64,000 nucleotides of DNA from Felis catus (GCF_018350175.1 NC_058368.1:39682001-39746000); one strand, 5' to 3'. Positions 12,691-26,820 are shown, numbered from the stretch's first letter. The notes: a model not told the origin generated them from the letters alone. Made by a program: numbers and translations.

Positions 12691-12900
12691 GGGGCGCCTG
12701 GGTGGCGCAGTCGGTTAAGCTTCCGACTTCAGCCAGGTCACGATCTCGCGGTCCGTGAGTTTGAGCCCCGCATCAGGCTCTGGGCTGATGGCTCAGAGCC
12801 TGGAGCCTGTTTCCGATTCTGTGTCTCCCTCTCTCTCTGCCCCTCCCCCGTTCATGCTCTGTCTCTCTCTGTCCCAAAAATAAATAAACGTTTAAAAAAA
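12691..12900 (+). mobile_element. Young felid SINE (SINEC_Fc)
   Basis: CpG-intact ggggcgcctgggtggcgcagtcggttaagc...cacgatctcgcggtccgtgag; perfect TSD aaatagtcccagggttctt at 12672-12690 and 12901-12919. Confidence 0.97.
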
Positions 12901-15900
12901 AAATAGTCCCAGGGTTCTTATAAACATAAGTTATTGGAAATAATTCATATGTTTAATTTGCCTTATTTGATATTTATTCATGAATGTTTTTCAAGAGAAA
13001 TGTATAAAAATAAAAAGTATAAAGAAATTGAAATACAATTTGAAGGCTAAACAGCTACAATAATAATTAAATTTGAACTCATGAAACAAAATGTTTACTA
13101 ATCTGATGAAAATTAGGTATTTCTTCAAGCCCCAAACTTCCCAAATCCAAAAGAGAAAAGAAACTAAAGGCATGCAAAATGTTGCGAATGTATAACTCAA
13201 CCTAACTAGCGAGTATGGAAACTGATGCAACTTTTTGTTAAACAACTTTTAAAATGTGTTGGTTTTCCATGATAGAGTATTGCTATTTTAAAGCTTTACA
13301 CAACCTGTGGTCTGTGTTAATCCTAATCTGTTGTAAAAGCATAATAAGGTATGAGGAATAAACCTGTCCTCTAATATAAGATGTCATTGAGAAATGAAAC
13401 CATTACTATTTTCAATTTATAAAATATAAAATTCTAATACAAAAAAATAGAAGTTAATTGCTTTGGTGCACCATGAATTATCACATTATATTAAACATTC
13501 ATACATTTAAGAGAAAGGAAGAAAATGTGAATATCAATGCATATATTTGAGTTGTAGGAAAGCACAATGCTAACATCTTTCTGAAATGACAACAATTATG
13601 TTTTGAATTAGTATTTCAAAAATTGTCTACATATTTCTTTAGTATCTAAAAGGCCAACTTAAATACAAAGTGCAAAAATACTGGGTACACCAACTCTATT
13701 CTTTGCTTAGAAAACCTTGCATCACAGTTCTGGGCTGTGTTCAGTCAGAAGAAAGAGTACCCTTCTCTTTGGCCCAAAAAACATTATCATATCAATAAGC
13801 GAAACATATGTGAGTCTACAAAGGTAACAGAAGATCTAAGTCTACCTCCCCTCTGCTCCCTAGAGCAGAAATATCGATTTAAAGCAGCCAAAATCTAAAG
13901 ATGATCTAGACACAGGCTTGCCAATCCAGTTTTGTTTTGTTTCATTGTTTAACTCTCTCAAGGACTACATGGGATTGGTATTAGGGCATCAGGAAGAAAG
14001 AGAGCAAAGGGCAAATTTGACTAAGGTGTAAGGAATAGAGGTGCTAGAGAAGTTGAAGAAAGGAGAGAAAGAAGATATTCAATCTGGGGAAAAAAATGTC
14101 TAAGAACCAGGACCAAACAGTCCTTCAATAAGAATCCTACTTCCCGTAAAAATCTGGAGATCCTTGTCTCTCTCTATAAAGAGAAGGTGGTAAACGGGCA
14201 AAGAAGGAAAATAATGCCTCTTGACCAATGAAGAACTCATCAATATGATCTGTAAACTTTCCTTTGAAAACGAAAAATGACAAACTCAGCAATGGTACGC
14301 TATACTGGTAAAACAATTCCTCTTGATAGTTTTCTAAGAAATAAAGTAGTATCGCTCTTGGTTCTTCCCATTTCTGATAACCGTCACTCAGTTTTTGATA
14401 TGGTCTCTATGGTTTTAAAATAGTAAAGTCTTCCTCTTCCTCATGACACAAAAGTAATGAGGTTAAAAACAGAAGCAGTTTTGATTAAAAGCATATTGCT
14501 TCATGTAATAAGTTTAATGGATAGTATTGACCTTTAAATCATAAAACACATCCATGAATCAGCTAAATAATAGGTCATCTGGCAAACAGAAGTTCTATTC
14601 CAGTTTATAAAGCAGAAACAGCTAGCAGACATGCTTTTGATGGCCAGTGAAATATTTCACAGTATAGAAATAAAACATTTTCTTACTCTATTAAAATGTC
14701 AGACTTTATTTACTTGAGTTCATAACAGCAAGTTTCTTTCATATGCATATTAATTGTAAAGTATGAACATAAATTAAAAATATTTTTCCAGCAGTTTGGT
14801 ATAAATTGTTGATCTTTTTAATGTGTTGGCATTTTAAGGAATGGTTGAAAATAATATAACTTTTGCTAAATTAAGCATTCATCTCTCTGTTAGGAACTTA
14901 CCCTGGGTTAAAAATCTTAATAAACAAGGTATAGTTTGGCCTTTTTGTGGAAAATGGATATAAGGTATTGTCTTTGAGATCTTTCGAAATACTGCACCTT
15001 TTATATACAATCTAGCCTTTAATTTTCTAAAAACTTTTATGTAAATTGACTAAATGCAAATGAACAAATCTGGATGATGACTTCTTCCATATAATTTTAT
15101 GTGCCAATTTTCCAAATAAAGATTTCTAATTAAATAAAGATCTCCTTGTATACACACAGTTTTTACTACTTCTGCCTAGAAATATATAATTACTATATAC
15201 TTTAATTTCCATTCTACTTCATTTATTCTGTATGTTCCAAAAGTAGAGAAAGATGATTCTCTATTGTAATTTGTAAGAAAATTGAAAAATAATGAATTCA
15301 CCTGAGTGTTCATCTATGATGAGTTTTTCTCAATATGTGTTTCTCTACTACCTGTAGATTTGCTCTAAATTGTGACTATAAAGTTACAGCATTTTTAGAA
15401 GATCAACTTGGGCAAATAACATTCAAAAAGGAAACAGTCATTACTTTTCTCAGCAAAATCAACGTAAAACATGAATAAGATTATAAAAAATAAATACGAG
15501 GCGTAACTTAATGATGATGTTTTAGAAATTTAGACCTGAGTTAATAACATAAAGAATAGACAGTTATCTTACTCTCCCGGTTTCACACTCTTCTTCAAGA
15601 CAGGAATTTGTTATTAGCACCTGGCCTCCAGGCTTGCTGTGAAGCCACACGGTTAAAAATCTAAACTTAGTCCAATCAGTTATCTCTATCATTATTGCCA
15701 GGCTCTATTTGAAGAAAAGCACCCTAGCTGGGCATCAGCCAGGAGTTCACTGAAGGGAGTATTAATGAGACTGACAGGAAGCAGGCAGTTATTTCTCCAG
15801 AGGGTGAAGTGTTACAAACTAGTGACCATGAAGAAGTTAAAGGAAAAGACAAATGGGACTGTTCCTTTTCTGGCTGAGAGCATATCTTATTGAGAACAAT

Positions 15901-16089
15901 TCCTTAGGAGAAGTCAGAGTTCTGCTTTGATAAATACTGCCTGGGAAGGCCTCACTTTGATCTCTGCCTTATTTCAGGGGTAGACATCAAAATACACTTA
16001 ATGAGCTTTAGTATCCCCTTCAGGTGAAAATGGACTCAGGGAATTAGGAATTTTGAGGCCATATATTTTGATATCATTTTTCTAACTTT

Positions 16090-16225
16090 CATTTCTATCT
16101 CATATTTTACACATGAAGAACTTGAAGCAGAAGTTTACATAACTTGCTCAAATGGCAACTAAATTTAGGGCCAGAGACAGGTCTGAAATTTACTCTATTT
16201 GGCCTCCAGTCTGAAGTTCTTCTTT
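16090..16225 (-). mobile_element. MIR SINE, degenerate
   Basis: catattttacacatgaagaacttgaagcagaagtttacataacttgctcaa resembles the antisense MIR core. Confidence 0.5.
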
Positions 16226-16329
16226 CTTCCACTTTTTTTCAGTGTGGTTCCCATATCATCCATATCGAGTGTCTTGTCATATTAGTGATACACACTTCTG
16301 CAAGACTGATTCAATGTGAAGTTTTTTGG

Positions 16330-16568
16330 CTTTGTTTCTTATGTTTTTAATGTTTATTTATTTATTTAGAGAGAGAGCAAGCATGCACTCATGCACACAT
16401 AAGCAGGGAAGGGTCAGAGAGAGGGGAGAGAGATAATCCCAAGCAGGCTTCTCACTGTCAGTACAGAGCCTGAGGTGGGACTTAATCTGGTTTTACAAAC
16501 TGTGAGATCATGGCCTGAGCCAAAATCAAGACTCAGATGCTTAATTGACTGAGCCACCAAGGCACCCC
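16330..16568 (-). mobile_element. Carnivore SINE (SINEC)
   Basis: TSD tcaatgtgaagtttttt starting at 16311 and 16569. Confidence 0.95.
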
Positions 16569-16658
16569 TCAATGTGAAGTTTTTTGACATATTCATAAAA
16601 CTGAGAATAATTTTATTAGATTTTATTAAATTTGTGCTGAAGATATTGGATGCTTTCT

Positions 16659-16853
16659 TTTCTTTTTTTCAATTTGAGAGAGAGAGCACGAGCAAAGGAG
16701 AGGGGGCAGAACGGGGGAGAGAGTGCGAATCTTAAGCAGGCTCCCTGCTCAGCATGGAGCCTGATGCAAGGCTTGATCCCACAACCTTGGAATTATGACC
16801 TGAGCCGAAATCAAGAGTCAGATGCTCAACCAAATGAGCCACTCAGGCACCCC
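16659..16853 (-). mobile_element. Carnivore SINE (older SINEC)
   Basis: TSD ttggatgctttct at 16646-16658 and 16854-16866. Confidence 0.93.
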
Positions 16854-19149
16854 TTGGATGCTTTCTGTTAATTCATGCCCACTTTCCTATTCTTTGGGTG
16901 AGTCAACTGGGATGGGGACATCATTAACCTTTCTCCTCAATCCAGAGTCCACATGTTAATCACTCACGTTCAATTTATAAGTGAAGTGAATGCAAAATCT
17001 TCATTCATCTGGGTCTTGTTTTTACATATATTATCGATTCTAATATTTATTATAATCAGTTTTCTCCTTTGAAGGAAGTGCATTAAGTATCCATAAATAA
17101 TACTGTCTTTTTATATCCAAAAATATAAATAACTCTCAGAGAACCATATTTTGCTAGTGTATTCACATATAAATACAAAGTGCATTAAATTAGAAATGTT
17201 ATAAACTATAACATTATCATTGATCAAAATGGAGTCAAAGGGCACATTCATTAAAATATATAGTTGATTCTAGCTGCTACAGATATATGAAGCATATTTT
17301 TGTTACTTGTGATATGTATATGTATATATACATACATATAAAAAAATCCACATAAAAATACATTATATTATAAAACTTGAAGTAGTTTTACTTTTGTATA
17401 TAATAAATAAATTATAATAAATAATTTATCGAATTAAGGTGTCAAATTGTTTTAAAAATGTTGTCTTTATTTACTTTTGTTTTCTTAATGAAAAATTCTA
17501 CTGCAATAAATTACATCCAAAAATATAAAATGACTAAAGTAATGTTATCAATATTAATACTTAATACCTTGCTATATTTAATTTTGAGTGATCATCTTAT
17601 ATCTAAAAGTAAATCTCTTCTTAAGCAATAATATAACCCTACATAAGCATGAAGATATTAGTAAACTGGGGATTGGTGGTAAAATGGAGGAAAAAAAGTG
17701 TTCTCAGAATGGGAAGAGGGGAAACAATGTGGAGAAGTATTAAAATAGATTAATACAGCTTAAAAAAACAGGCATATATTTGGCAGCACTCGAAAACTGA
17801 ATTTTTGCTAGAATGGACACTTTATGTCCTAGTTAGAAAAGCTTAGTTCTTTTTTTCCCTTGAGACTTTGACACAAAATATCTTAAACTTCTATTGTGAG
17901 GAAAAATAAATAAAAATTCACATTAAAATCAGAGAGGATCATAACTTTTAAAAGGCTAAAAATTAAAGAATTTGAATTCAACTGAGATTATACCTTAAGA
18001 AGAGAAAAATCTAAAGAAGAGAAAAATCTAAATTGTCACATTTATGTTAGATCAACCCTATTTATATAGAAAAGCGAATCATTTGGGAGAAATGAGAATA
18101 ATTCAGTACATATCTATGAACAAATGGGTCTCAGCATTCTTGAAGTGTTCTTTCATAAAGGTTTCATTGCATGAATTGCCTCAGAATAGTCTAATTTTCA
18201 AAATGTTTTATCACAAGATGATTTCTGATGAAACATTACTGGCTACGGTTAGACTTTAATCCAAAGCATAATTTTATGCATGTGCTTTTCTACAAGCATA
18301 AGTGCATAGGATTGTGAGATAATTAATACACTTACTATGTGCTTGGATACATATGATTGCTTATCCTCTTTCACTTCACAAATATATAGTTAAGTGATAT
18401 TGCATGACAAGGGCACAGCTCTAAAATATTTAATAGAAAAAATACCATGGATACTTACTGGAAAAAAAAGTTGAATACTACAGAATAGTTCTCCATAGTT
18501 TCAAAGCAATATAGCAGTTTGGCATTCCAATAATACTCCTTGTGAGAGGTATACTGTGTCTCATTGAAGTAAAAGAAACTAGTGATCCTTACTGAAGAAA
18601 ACTGGCAGAGTTAATGAGTTAATTTCTGTGTCTTCTATTTTTATTTAGTCACATGTCAGTTTTTACTGAACTAATTTGAATTTGATGATTGATGCTACCC
18701 AGATATTTGGGGATGTTATAGGGTTGGATTAATTAATTTATTTATAATCTCCACAAAACTATATTCTTTGAGCCAATTTCACTTGACAGACCAATTATAT
18801 GATAGGCCTTTCCTTCTTTAACTGGGATCTTTATAAATCAGACATATAATGAAATGTGTCAAAGGAAATGTGAAGCCACAGGACAATGATGACATAGCTT
18901 TAAAAAATCAGTTAACTTGAATATTTGAAGGAGAAACTTTTTCTATTTTAATGTCAATTGATAAATATGGAAGAAATGGTCAAGTTAAAAGACTATTTGG
19001 AAAAATCAGATGAAAATCATCAATGAATGAGTAAACTGCAATGAATTAAAATATGACACATATTTACCAAGTATGTGAATGACAGACACATATTCACCAA
19101 GGACCCATATAATTTTTAGTTATAAGAGAAAAAAGAGAAAATTGGCATA

Positions 19150-19700
19150 AACTAACCTATGTAATAAATCAAACCAATATCAAGGGCCTCCTAATATAAT
19201 ACACTGGCAAGAATACAATGTCACTTATGTTGTTCATGCTTGCCCTGAAATGCATACCTGTAATATAATCATGAGGAAATGCCAGACAGACCCACATAAT
19301 GGAACACCTTAAAAACCATGCTGCAACTATTTAAAAAGATTAAGGTCAATGAAGACAATAAAAGACTGTGAACTTTTGCAGATTAGAAGACAATAAAGAG
19401 ATAAGACATGAAGACTAGATGCAACATATTACAGAGGATTGTTTGATACAGGTTCAGCTTAGTTTTCTTTCTTTTTGCTATAGAAGACATTAATGGAACA
19501 ATTGAGAAATATGAAAAAGTGTCTATAGAATAGATGATAGTTTTAGATGAACGTTAATACTGATAAGCTTTTATTCTTATTTTGGTAGGTACAACATGGG
19601 CATATAAGCAAATGTCTTTTTTCCTAAGAAACACAACTGGAAATATTTAGAAGCGTAGGGACCATATGGCTGCAAATTATATTAAGATAACAAAAAAAAT
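19150..19700 (+). mobile_element. Old L1 3' end (L1MC/L1ME-like)
   Basis: taatcatgaggaaatgccagacagaccca...gacattaatggaacaattgagaaat are typical old L1 3' UTR motifs. Confidence 0.65.
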
Positions 19701-20119
19701 GTGATTGTGATCCCATAATTGATTGAGATTAATTTGTGGAAATTTTGGGATCTCATCTGTTTTATTTTTTTTCCCCAAATAAATTTTGCATTTACTACTA
19801 CTTGGAGATAATATCACTTCTTTCTTCTTTTAATGTCCATGGTGTAATCTGAAATAATTATTTTCTATTTCTTCCATCTAACTCTGGCAACAGTAATTCT
19901 GAAATTTCCCTAGGGTCCACCCTACATTTTGCTGAAGAAATTAAGTTCTTAGATTTAGTTGGATTGCAGTTACCACTTTTGCTATTTAATAGTTAATTTT
20001 GTGTTTATGTCCTTTTAGGACATTTTTTAAGGTATGAAGATACACTTCTGTATATCCCCATATTTGTAAATATTCCATATTTAGTTCTATTAACTATTTT
20101 GATTTAATACTTGTAAATG

Positions 20120-20640
20120 GTTGTCAAGACTGAGAAGGTCTGAGATTTCATAATAGTCTTTAGTTCAGAAGTTAGCCTGTCACCAATTTATGGATGCTGG
20201 TAGAAGACTCAAGATCCCTGTCTCAGAAACAAAAAAAGTTTATTATGCACAGCAAAAGCAATAGTTGCAGTATCAACATTTGTATTAGTACTACAGTAAC
20301 AATTTCTATAAGGTTGTATGAAGAGGTATAGATAAATCTAAGCAAGGAAAAGATTGCATTAAGAAGAGAAAAAGAGAGAACTCTAACTTAGTGATCCCAA
20401 GTTTTTAATAATGTGCAGTGAACATGCCTGCTATTCACTCCAAAGGAAGACACTGTCTCTGTTTTCCAAGGACATAATCAAAAATATTCTTTGTTTTAAC
20501 AAAAGATGCCTATGATGTGTTTCCAAGGTCATTTGTTATACAAGCATCCTTCAGAAGATGGCCTTCAATAAAGACCATCAATGACTGTTGTCAGAAGTCA
20601 TGGAGAAATGTTAAAGATTCATGAAGAGTTATCTCCCAAG
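20120..20640 (-). mobile_element. ERV1 LTR (MER89/MER110-like), 3' LTR of a deleted provirus
   Basis: gaaggtctgagattt...gttagcctgtcaccaatttatggatgctggtagaagactcaagatccctg. It is homologous to 21340-21735 and preceded on the minus strand by a purine-rich tract. Confidence 0.7.
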
Positions 20641-20719
20641 AATATCCACCATCAATTTTTTCACCTTCCTTGTTTCTGATGAATTTCTCTGAGTATGCCA
20701 TTTTGTTGGTGTCTCTGAA

Positions 20720-21200
20720 TAATCTGATGGACACTGGCTGTCACCAAATCATTCAGTTTGTCTTGCAGAATTTACTTAAGGTTATTATCAATGGAATTTC
20801 AAGCAGAATGATGAGATTAAATAATATCCACCAAGGTCCCATACCTGACCTCCACAACGCCTATAAACCAACAAGGTCTACCTTAGAAATCCAGGTGGAT
20901 TTCTCAAGTTTCAATTGACCTCTCTTCCTGCCCTGAGACATTAATCCAAGTATAGTAAGATGTGTTTATAATAGCAGACTAGGTTTTGGTTCCCAAAAGG
21001 AAAGCTTAAAGCCTTTCTGTTGTCCATAACAACCAAAGTGGAAAGAGGCTGAATGACTGATTTCCAAAGTAGAGATGAGTACTAATGAGTACTAATGAGT
21101 ACTAATGAGTACTAATGAACATTTAAGCTAAAGTCAAGGACTTGGTTTTTCCTACATTTTCCAGTTGGATGGTTCTCATGGTAGAGACCACTTCATGCAG
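20720..21200 (-). pseudogene. env: Decayed gamma-type retroviral env transmembrane (TM) subunit remnant
   Basis: With frameshifts, the minus strand reads TIQLENVGKTKSLTLA*..VVMDNRKALSF..VC/IINTSYYTWINVSGQEERSIE/EKSTWISKVD.. then hydrophobic WWILFNLIILLEIPLIITL. This matches the order immunosuppressive domain, CX6CC, membrane anchor. Confidence 0.75.
21075..21118. repeat. 10-bp tandem repeat (atgagtacta)x4
   Basis: Four perfect copies plus a partial one, inside the env remnant. Confidence 0.95.
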
Positions 21201-21339
21201 CATAAACATAAATAATAAGTCCCTTAACCCACTGCAAAGCTCCCCCAATGAACGAAAGGTAGCCTTATGTTAGATAGAACACAGTCTAAGGTCTGGATTT
21301 AAATAAATGAATCTAGTGCATGTTTTTGGAAAAAATATC

Positions 21340-21735
21340 TGAGAACAACAATTGATCTAATGTAAGTTGTTAGCCTGTCATAAATTCATTGATGTTAGAA
21401 GACTTAAGACTCCTGGGTTATAGATTACTCAGAGAAATCTGAATTGCCAAAATAACAATGTTTGTGTTGGTTCCCTGAACCCCAATCCCAACAGGATGAT
21501 GTGAAAAGTGCCAAGAAACACCTGCACACAAACTGTATTATACTACAGAATCCTGATCATAGGGAACCCACATATTTTACAATAGATAGTAAACATTCCT
21601 GCTCTTTCGCAAATTATCTTTATTCACTAGACTACAAACATGTCTGCCTTATGCCTCAGAGGAGGTAACTGTCCGATTTCTTATTAAGACTGTTCAGAAT
21701 ACACATATCTTTGAAAGGATGGTCCAGTTAAGTGT
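21340..21735 (-). mobile_element. ERV1 LTR (MER89/MER110-like), probable 5' LTR, partial
   Basis: gttagcctgtcataaattcattgatgttagaagacttaagactcctggg parallels 20171-20220. Confidence 0.62.
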
Positions 21736-21739
21736 CAAT

Positions 21740-22305
21740 GTGTGAACAGTTTAGGAGGCATCATTACTTGTGACAACAAGAAAAAAGGTAAAAACAAATA
21801 AACCACTGACTTTTCTTGGATCTATCAGAAAACTGAAGTCACAAGGAACACTGTCATTCTGAAATCTGGAGAAAAGGGTAAATACAGAGAATCACATTCA
21901 AGGTAAATTTGTCTACAGCAGAATCTACTAAAGCTATAAACAGTTAGGATCACATAAACAGAAAATTTGATGAATTACTCCCAGCAGAATTACTTCCAGC
22001 AGACAAGCTTAGGAAGGAGTGATTCCAGGGGGCCTCACTCTTAGACAGCAACCATACTTTTCTGGGTTTAACTCTAGGAAAAACACCAGGTTCTCACAGT
22101 AAAGAGATAAATAAAAACCTTCATGTGTCTGGCAAGAGGAGGGGGAAATATTAGGGCAAAATAGACTTTATTAAAGACAAAGTAGACTTCAGGCAAGAAT
22201 TATCAGAGATAAAGAAGGATGTTCTATAATCATAAACCTATTACGTGCCCGAGAAGACAGCAATCCTTGCTGTGTGTGAGCCTAAGAATGCTGCACCAAC
22301 ATACA
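21740..22305 (+). mobile_element. Old L1 5'-region fragment joined to an ORF2 endonuclease fragment
   Basis: gacaaagtagacttcag...atcagagataaagaagga (the DKVDF..IRDKEG endonuclease motif) follows L1M 5'-like sequence. Confidence 0.55.
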
Positions 22306-23186
22306 CCTGGATATTCCCCAGTGTTTAAGGGGAAGCTTCCTTTCCTTGTGATTTCATGTTTGTCATTTGGGGTGACTTCTAGTGTAGTGAAACCATTGGC
22401 CTCTCACTGCTTTCTCAACTTTGCTAAGGGAAGTAGGAATGATTTATCTGGCAATTTTTTTAAAGCAGTGGTGGAAATATTTGTTGCTGCTGTTATTAGA
22501 TATGCCTTCTGCAGAGCAGTTGTATTTTGATTTGCTCTTGTTATGTGATAAATGACTTACTCTCTGGTATCTTGTAGTTGTACAACTGTGCAAGTGATCC
22601 TGTCTCTTTATCTTCAGAGATAAAGTATTAGCAAATTAACAATCCCATTTATCAAATCTCTATTTTCCTATTTAGTTCCAAATGGTTCTGAATGGCAGAG
22701 GGGAAGACAGGCTTTTTGTTTGCTTTAGCTTGAATTTTTTTTTTTGCAGTAATTCCCCATAATTTCTACATGCTCCACAATGTTTCTACTTATTTTATTA
22801 CATTTACCTTTATTTTATATGTTCCTTGTAATTTTTCTACTGTGCACTGTTTTTTTCAATAAATATTTATGCAGTGGTAAGAAAAATAGACAATACCATC
22901 TGGCTTTTGAGTTATGAGGGAGAAAGGAATAATCAAATAATCACACCAAAATTTTTATAATTGTGATAAATACTGAGACAAAAAAGAACAAGGTGCTCTG
23001 ATACCTTATACAAGAGAAATCTTTGGGGATTAGGTGAATGTGGGTCATGAATGCCTCTTTGATAAAGTGGCTTTTGACATGAAATCTAAAGAATAAATAG
23101 GAGTTTATTATTATTTCTGAGGCAACACAAAGAACATAGACATTATTACTTTTTTGAGCCAGACAATATTTTTTTCCTGATGTAGG

Positions 23187-23385
23187 CCAGAGATTGGCAA
23201 ACATCTTTGGTTAAAAACTGGGTAATAAACATTTTTAGCTTTGTGAGTACATGGTTTCTGTTACAACTCCTGAACTCTACCCTGTAGCAGGAAGGTAGTC
23301 ACTGATGATATAAATGAATGCACATGGTTCATTCTAAAAACCTATTTTTAAAAAACAAGTGATGGACTTATCCCTGGCCAGCCTA
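23187..23385. mobile_element. hAT-Charlie MITE (MER58A-like)
   Basis: cagagattggcaaacatc...taaacatttttagctttgtgagtacatggtttctgttacaactcctgaactctacc. Confidence 0.7.
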
Positions 23386-25414
23386 ATAATATATTACATT
23401 GCTTATTGCTACTAAAAATATCTTTACATTAAATTCTTTTAAATAAGGAGTTTGCATCCTATTTTTAAATTGCTTCTTCATCTAACTGAAGGAGTGCACA
23501 TGTGTAACTACTGAATTGCACTTGTTTGTTTAATTCATTTTACCACATGCATTTTTAAACTTTTTTATCTATATATCATTTTTATCTTCCAGATATGTTA
23601 TTCTCAAGACCAAAATCATATTCAATGTCTTTATAACAGTTAATGATTACAAATGAGATACTGTCAAGAAAAGTGTTTTCCAAAGCGCGTTCTGCAGACT
23701 ACAGAACCTTTGAGATGCTACCCAAAATAGCATCTTAAATAAGTTTAGAAATCACTGTATGTCATTGGTTCCCAAATTCCAAACTAACACTTTATTATAT
23801 GCAGAGAAAAATGAGAAAAATGAAGGATATGGGGTTGGTTTTGATAGATATAAATGTATTTATTTTAAGACTTAAGTTGAAATTGTAGCTTTCACATATT
23901 TCAGGGAAGGGAAGTATGTACCTCAAAGAAATATTGGTAATGGTAGGTTATTTCATTATATTATTCTAGAGAGTAAATATTTTACAACTCACAAATAAAC
24001 TTTAATTTCTGTTCACTGTACCCATATCTCATACCCTAGGACCCACTAAGGAATATGGATAGAATCTTGAGGATTGCATTTGCATTTGCCAATGCTTTTA
24101 ATACACTGACATTGAACAAATCAAGGCCTGAAATTTGAAATATTTTAGCTCAGATAGGTACTCTTTTATTAACTACTCTCTTTCTGACTGAATTCCTCTA
24201 TAAGTATGTTTGCTCTATTCTCCCAGTTTCAAGGTAATACTCCTTATATCACTAGTTCTAACCTTCCCTTAGAAAAGTTCTTGCAATGAGGTAACTATGG
24301 GTATCCCATATGTACTTGTTGATAAGAAAAAAGTAGCCTGTAAACAGTCTATTATCTTTGTCATTTACAAAAGAAAAAATATGCTAAAATATGTCCTTTG
24401 AGTGTTTTTTGACATGCTGTGCTGCCATGCTAATGTGTTTGCTTTAAGAGTCTCTTATTCTTCATTATGTAACTGATTATCAGATTGTTCTTTGTGACAT
24501 GTTAATCAGAGTAACCCAGAACAACAACAACAAAAAAACTGACTCAAAAACTTCGCTCTATTATCTTTTAAGAAATTGGCACACTAGCTTGTTGGACTCA
24601 AACAATTGATAAATAATAATCTAAATTGTTGTTGTCCAAACCACCATTTGACCTACTTGTATTGTCTGGTCACCTAGCCTTCCTTTCTCTTTTGCCAAAG
24701 ATTTCATTTCAGTATGGTCTCCTCATCCCCAGGAGTTTCTAACAATGTTCATCCACAAAGTGGGAGGTAGTATGAGTTAAAGGCAAATTTCTGGATACCT
24801 ATGAACATTTTTTCCCATGTTGAATCAATTGTTCTGACTCTCACAGTGATGAAGTGTGAGAAATGGATACATTGATTACTTAATGGGCTCTCAACTTTCA
24901 AATATTTTATTCAGGCAAGCAGTTTTGTACTTTTAATTTTCTTATGTAGGGCAATCTCTTAATATTGATATTCATTTATTCATAAATGGATTGTATTCTT
25001 TTCACAAAGTATGTGTATTTGGGTCCTAGTTACAAATTTTTCCTAGCAAGATTTTGCTAGCAAAATTAAGCCAAGCTGAATCATGGATAACATAAATGAG
25101 TATAAGATCAGCAAGGGCAGAAGCAATCTTCATAATGGGCTAGAAGTTATAGCCCATGGGAGATGAGATGGCCAAAAAATGAGCTAAAGTTTAAAGCTGA
25201 TACAAAGGTAGCCAGTGTGAGCCTAAAGGGCTTAGTGGATAATGTTCTCATTAAATGATTGCTTCCAACTTTCTGGTTGACTGGAAGTAAAAGGAAAAAA
25301 AAAAGCATATATAATTCAGTGTTCACCAAGTTGTTCAAACAAAAATTTTCACTTGATAACTAGGATAAATGACGTAAATTTGCATTTACTTTATCTAAAA
25401 TAAAACAATATATT

Positions 25415-25640
25415 GAGGCACCTGAGTGGCTCAATTGGTTAAGTGACCGACTTCGGCTCAGGCCATGATCTCACGGTTCGTGGGTTCTAGCCCCGCACTG
25501 GGCTCTGTGCTGAACGCTTGCTCGGAGCCTGGAGCCTACTTCAGATTCTGTGTCTCGATCTTTCTCTGTCTCTCCCCCGCTTGTGCTCTGTCTCACTCTG
25601 TCTCTCAACAATAAATAAATGTAAAAAAAAAAAATTAAAA
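25415..25640 (+). mobile_element. Carnivore SINE (SINEC)
   Basis: TSD aaaataaaacaatata at about 25397 and 25641. Confidence 0.94.
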
Positions 25641-25727
25641 AAAATAAAACAATATAACAATGTCTGAGAAAAACCTTTTCTATTGAAATATTAAATATGA
25701 GTTAGAAATATTTGACGTTAGAATAAA

Positions 25728-25915
25728 AAGCATCTGATTCTTGATTTTGGCTCAGGTCATGATCTCATGGCTCCTACGATGGAGCATCACATTAGGCTCT
25801 TCACTGACTGCATGGAACCTGCTTGGAATTCTCTCTCTCCCTATCTGCCACTACCCCACTCATGCTCTCTCTCTCAAAATAAATAAATAAACTAAAAAAT
25901 AAAAAAAGAAAGAAA
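25728..25915 (+). mobile_element. Carnivore SINE, 5'-truncated older copy
   Basis: catctgattcttgattttggctcaggtcatgatctc, CT tract and A tail. Confidence 0.88.
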
Positions 25916-26820
25916 AAGACTCGTGGGTATTTTCAATGGATTTTTACACTTACTGAAAACAATACATTTCCTTCAATTAAATAGTAAACATTTGATTTAT
26001 TTATAGACAACTATGGTTTTGGTATTATATTTTTATATTCTATAAATTATGCTTTTTAATATCTTAAAATATTCAGGAATATAGAATCACTAGCAGTTTA
26101 TTTTAATAATTGCAACCTGTTTTTAATAAAACTTTGGGGAAATAATTTTTTAATACACATTTAATTCAATTAAGTTGTCCATGATATACACTCTGATGGC
26201 AATGATGAGCTACCATTTAAGAGGCAGACTGCTAGGAAAGCCTACCAAAACCCCATCAATTTTTCATGTTAATGAGAAATAAAATTTCATTGTTTAGTCA
26301 CTGATATTTTGAGATTACTATTATTGTAGCTAAAATTAACCTTATCTGAATATTGCAGTGCCATATTATGCTGTTTGTACAATTTTTGTATCATCCATTA
26401 GAAATGATAAAGCTCGTATACCTTCTTCTCTCTCCAGTTTAGGCTTATTAAATCAAATGGTGAACCACACAAGGAAGTAAAAACACTGTCATCCACCCCC
26501 TATTTTCTTTAATCATCTCAGGATGTAAAAGAAATGACTAATGTGGAAATCACTTAAAGACTAATTTTTCCTTTAAATTAAATCCACTAATGCATATATA
26601 CTTGTGAATCTGACTTATCCATTCTACTATATTGAAAAAGCCTCTATGGGAGAAAAGCTTTTAACATATTCATATTTGTATCCTCTATATCATTAGCGAA
26701 TGATACATGATTAAAACTGCAAGATGGAGTTGAAAATCTATTCTTATGTGATAGTTTCAGCATTGCTCACTGTCTTATTGGTTCAGCTTTGGAAGAGCTA
26801 AAGTTTAAAAAGGTTCATCT

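Noticed and set aside
21075..21118. Short repeat array as a CRISPR-like locus
   Set aside because: These are head-to-tail 10-mers with no spacers, in a mammalian ERV context.
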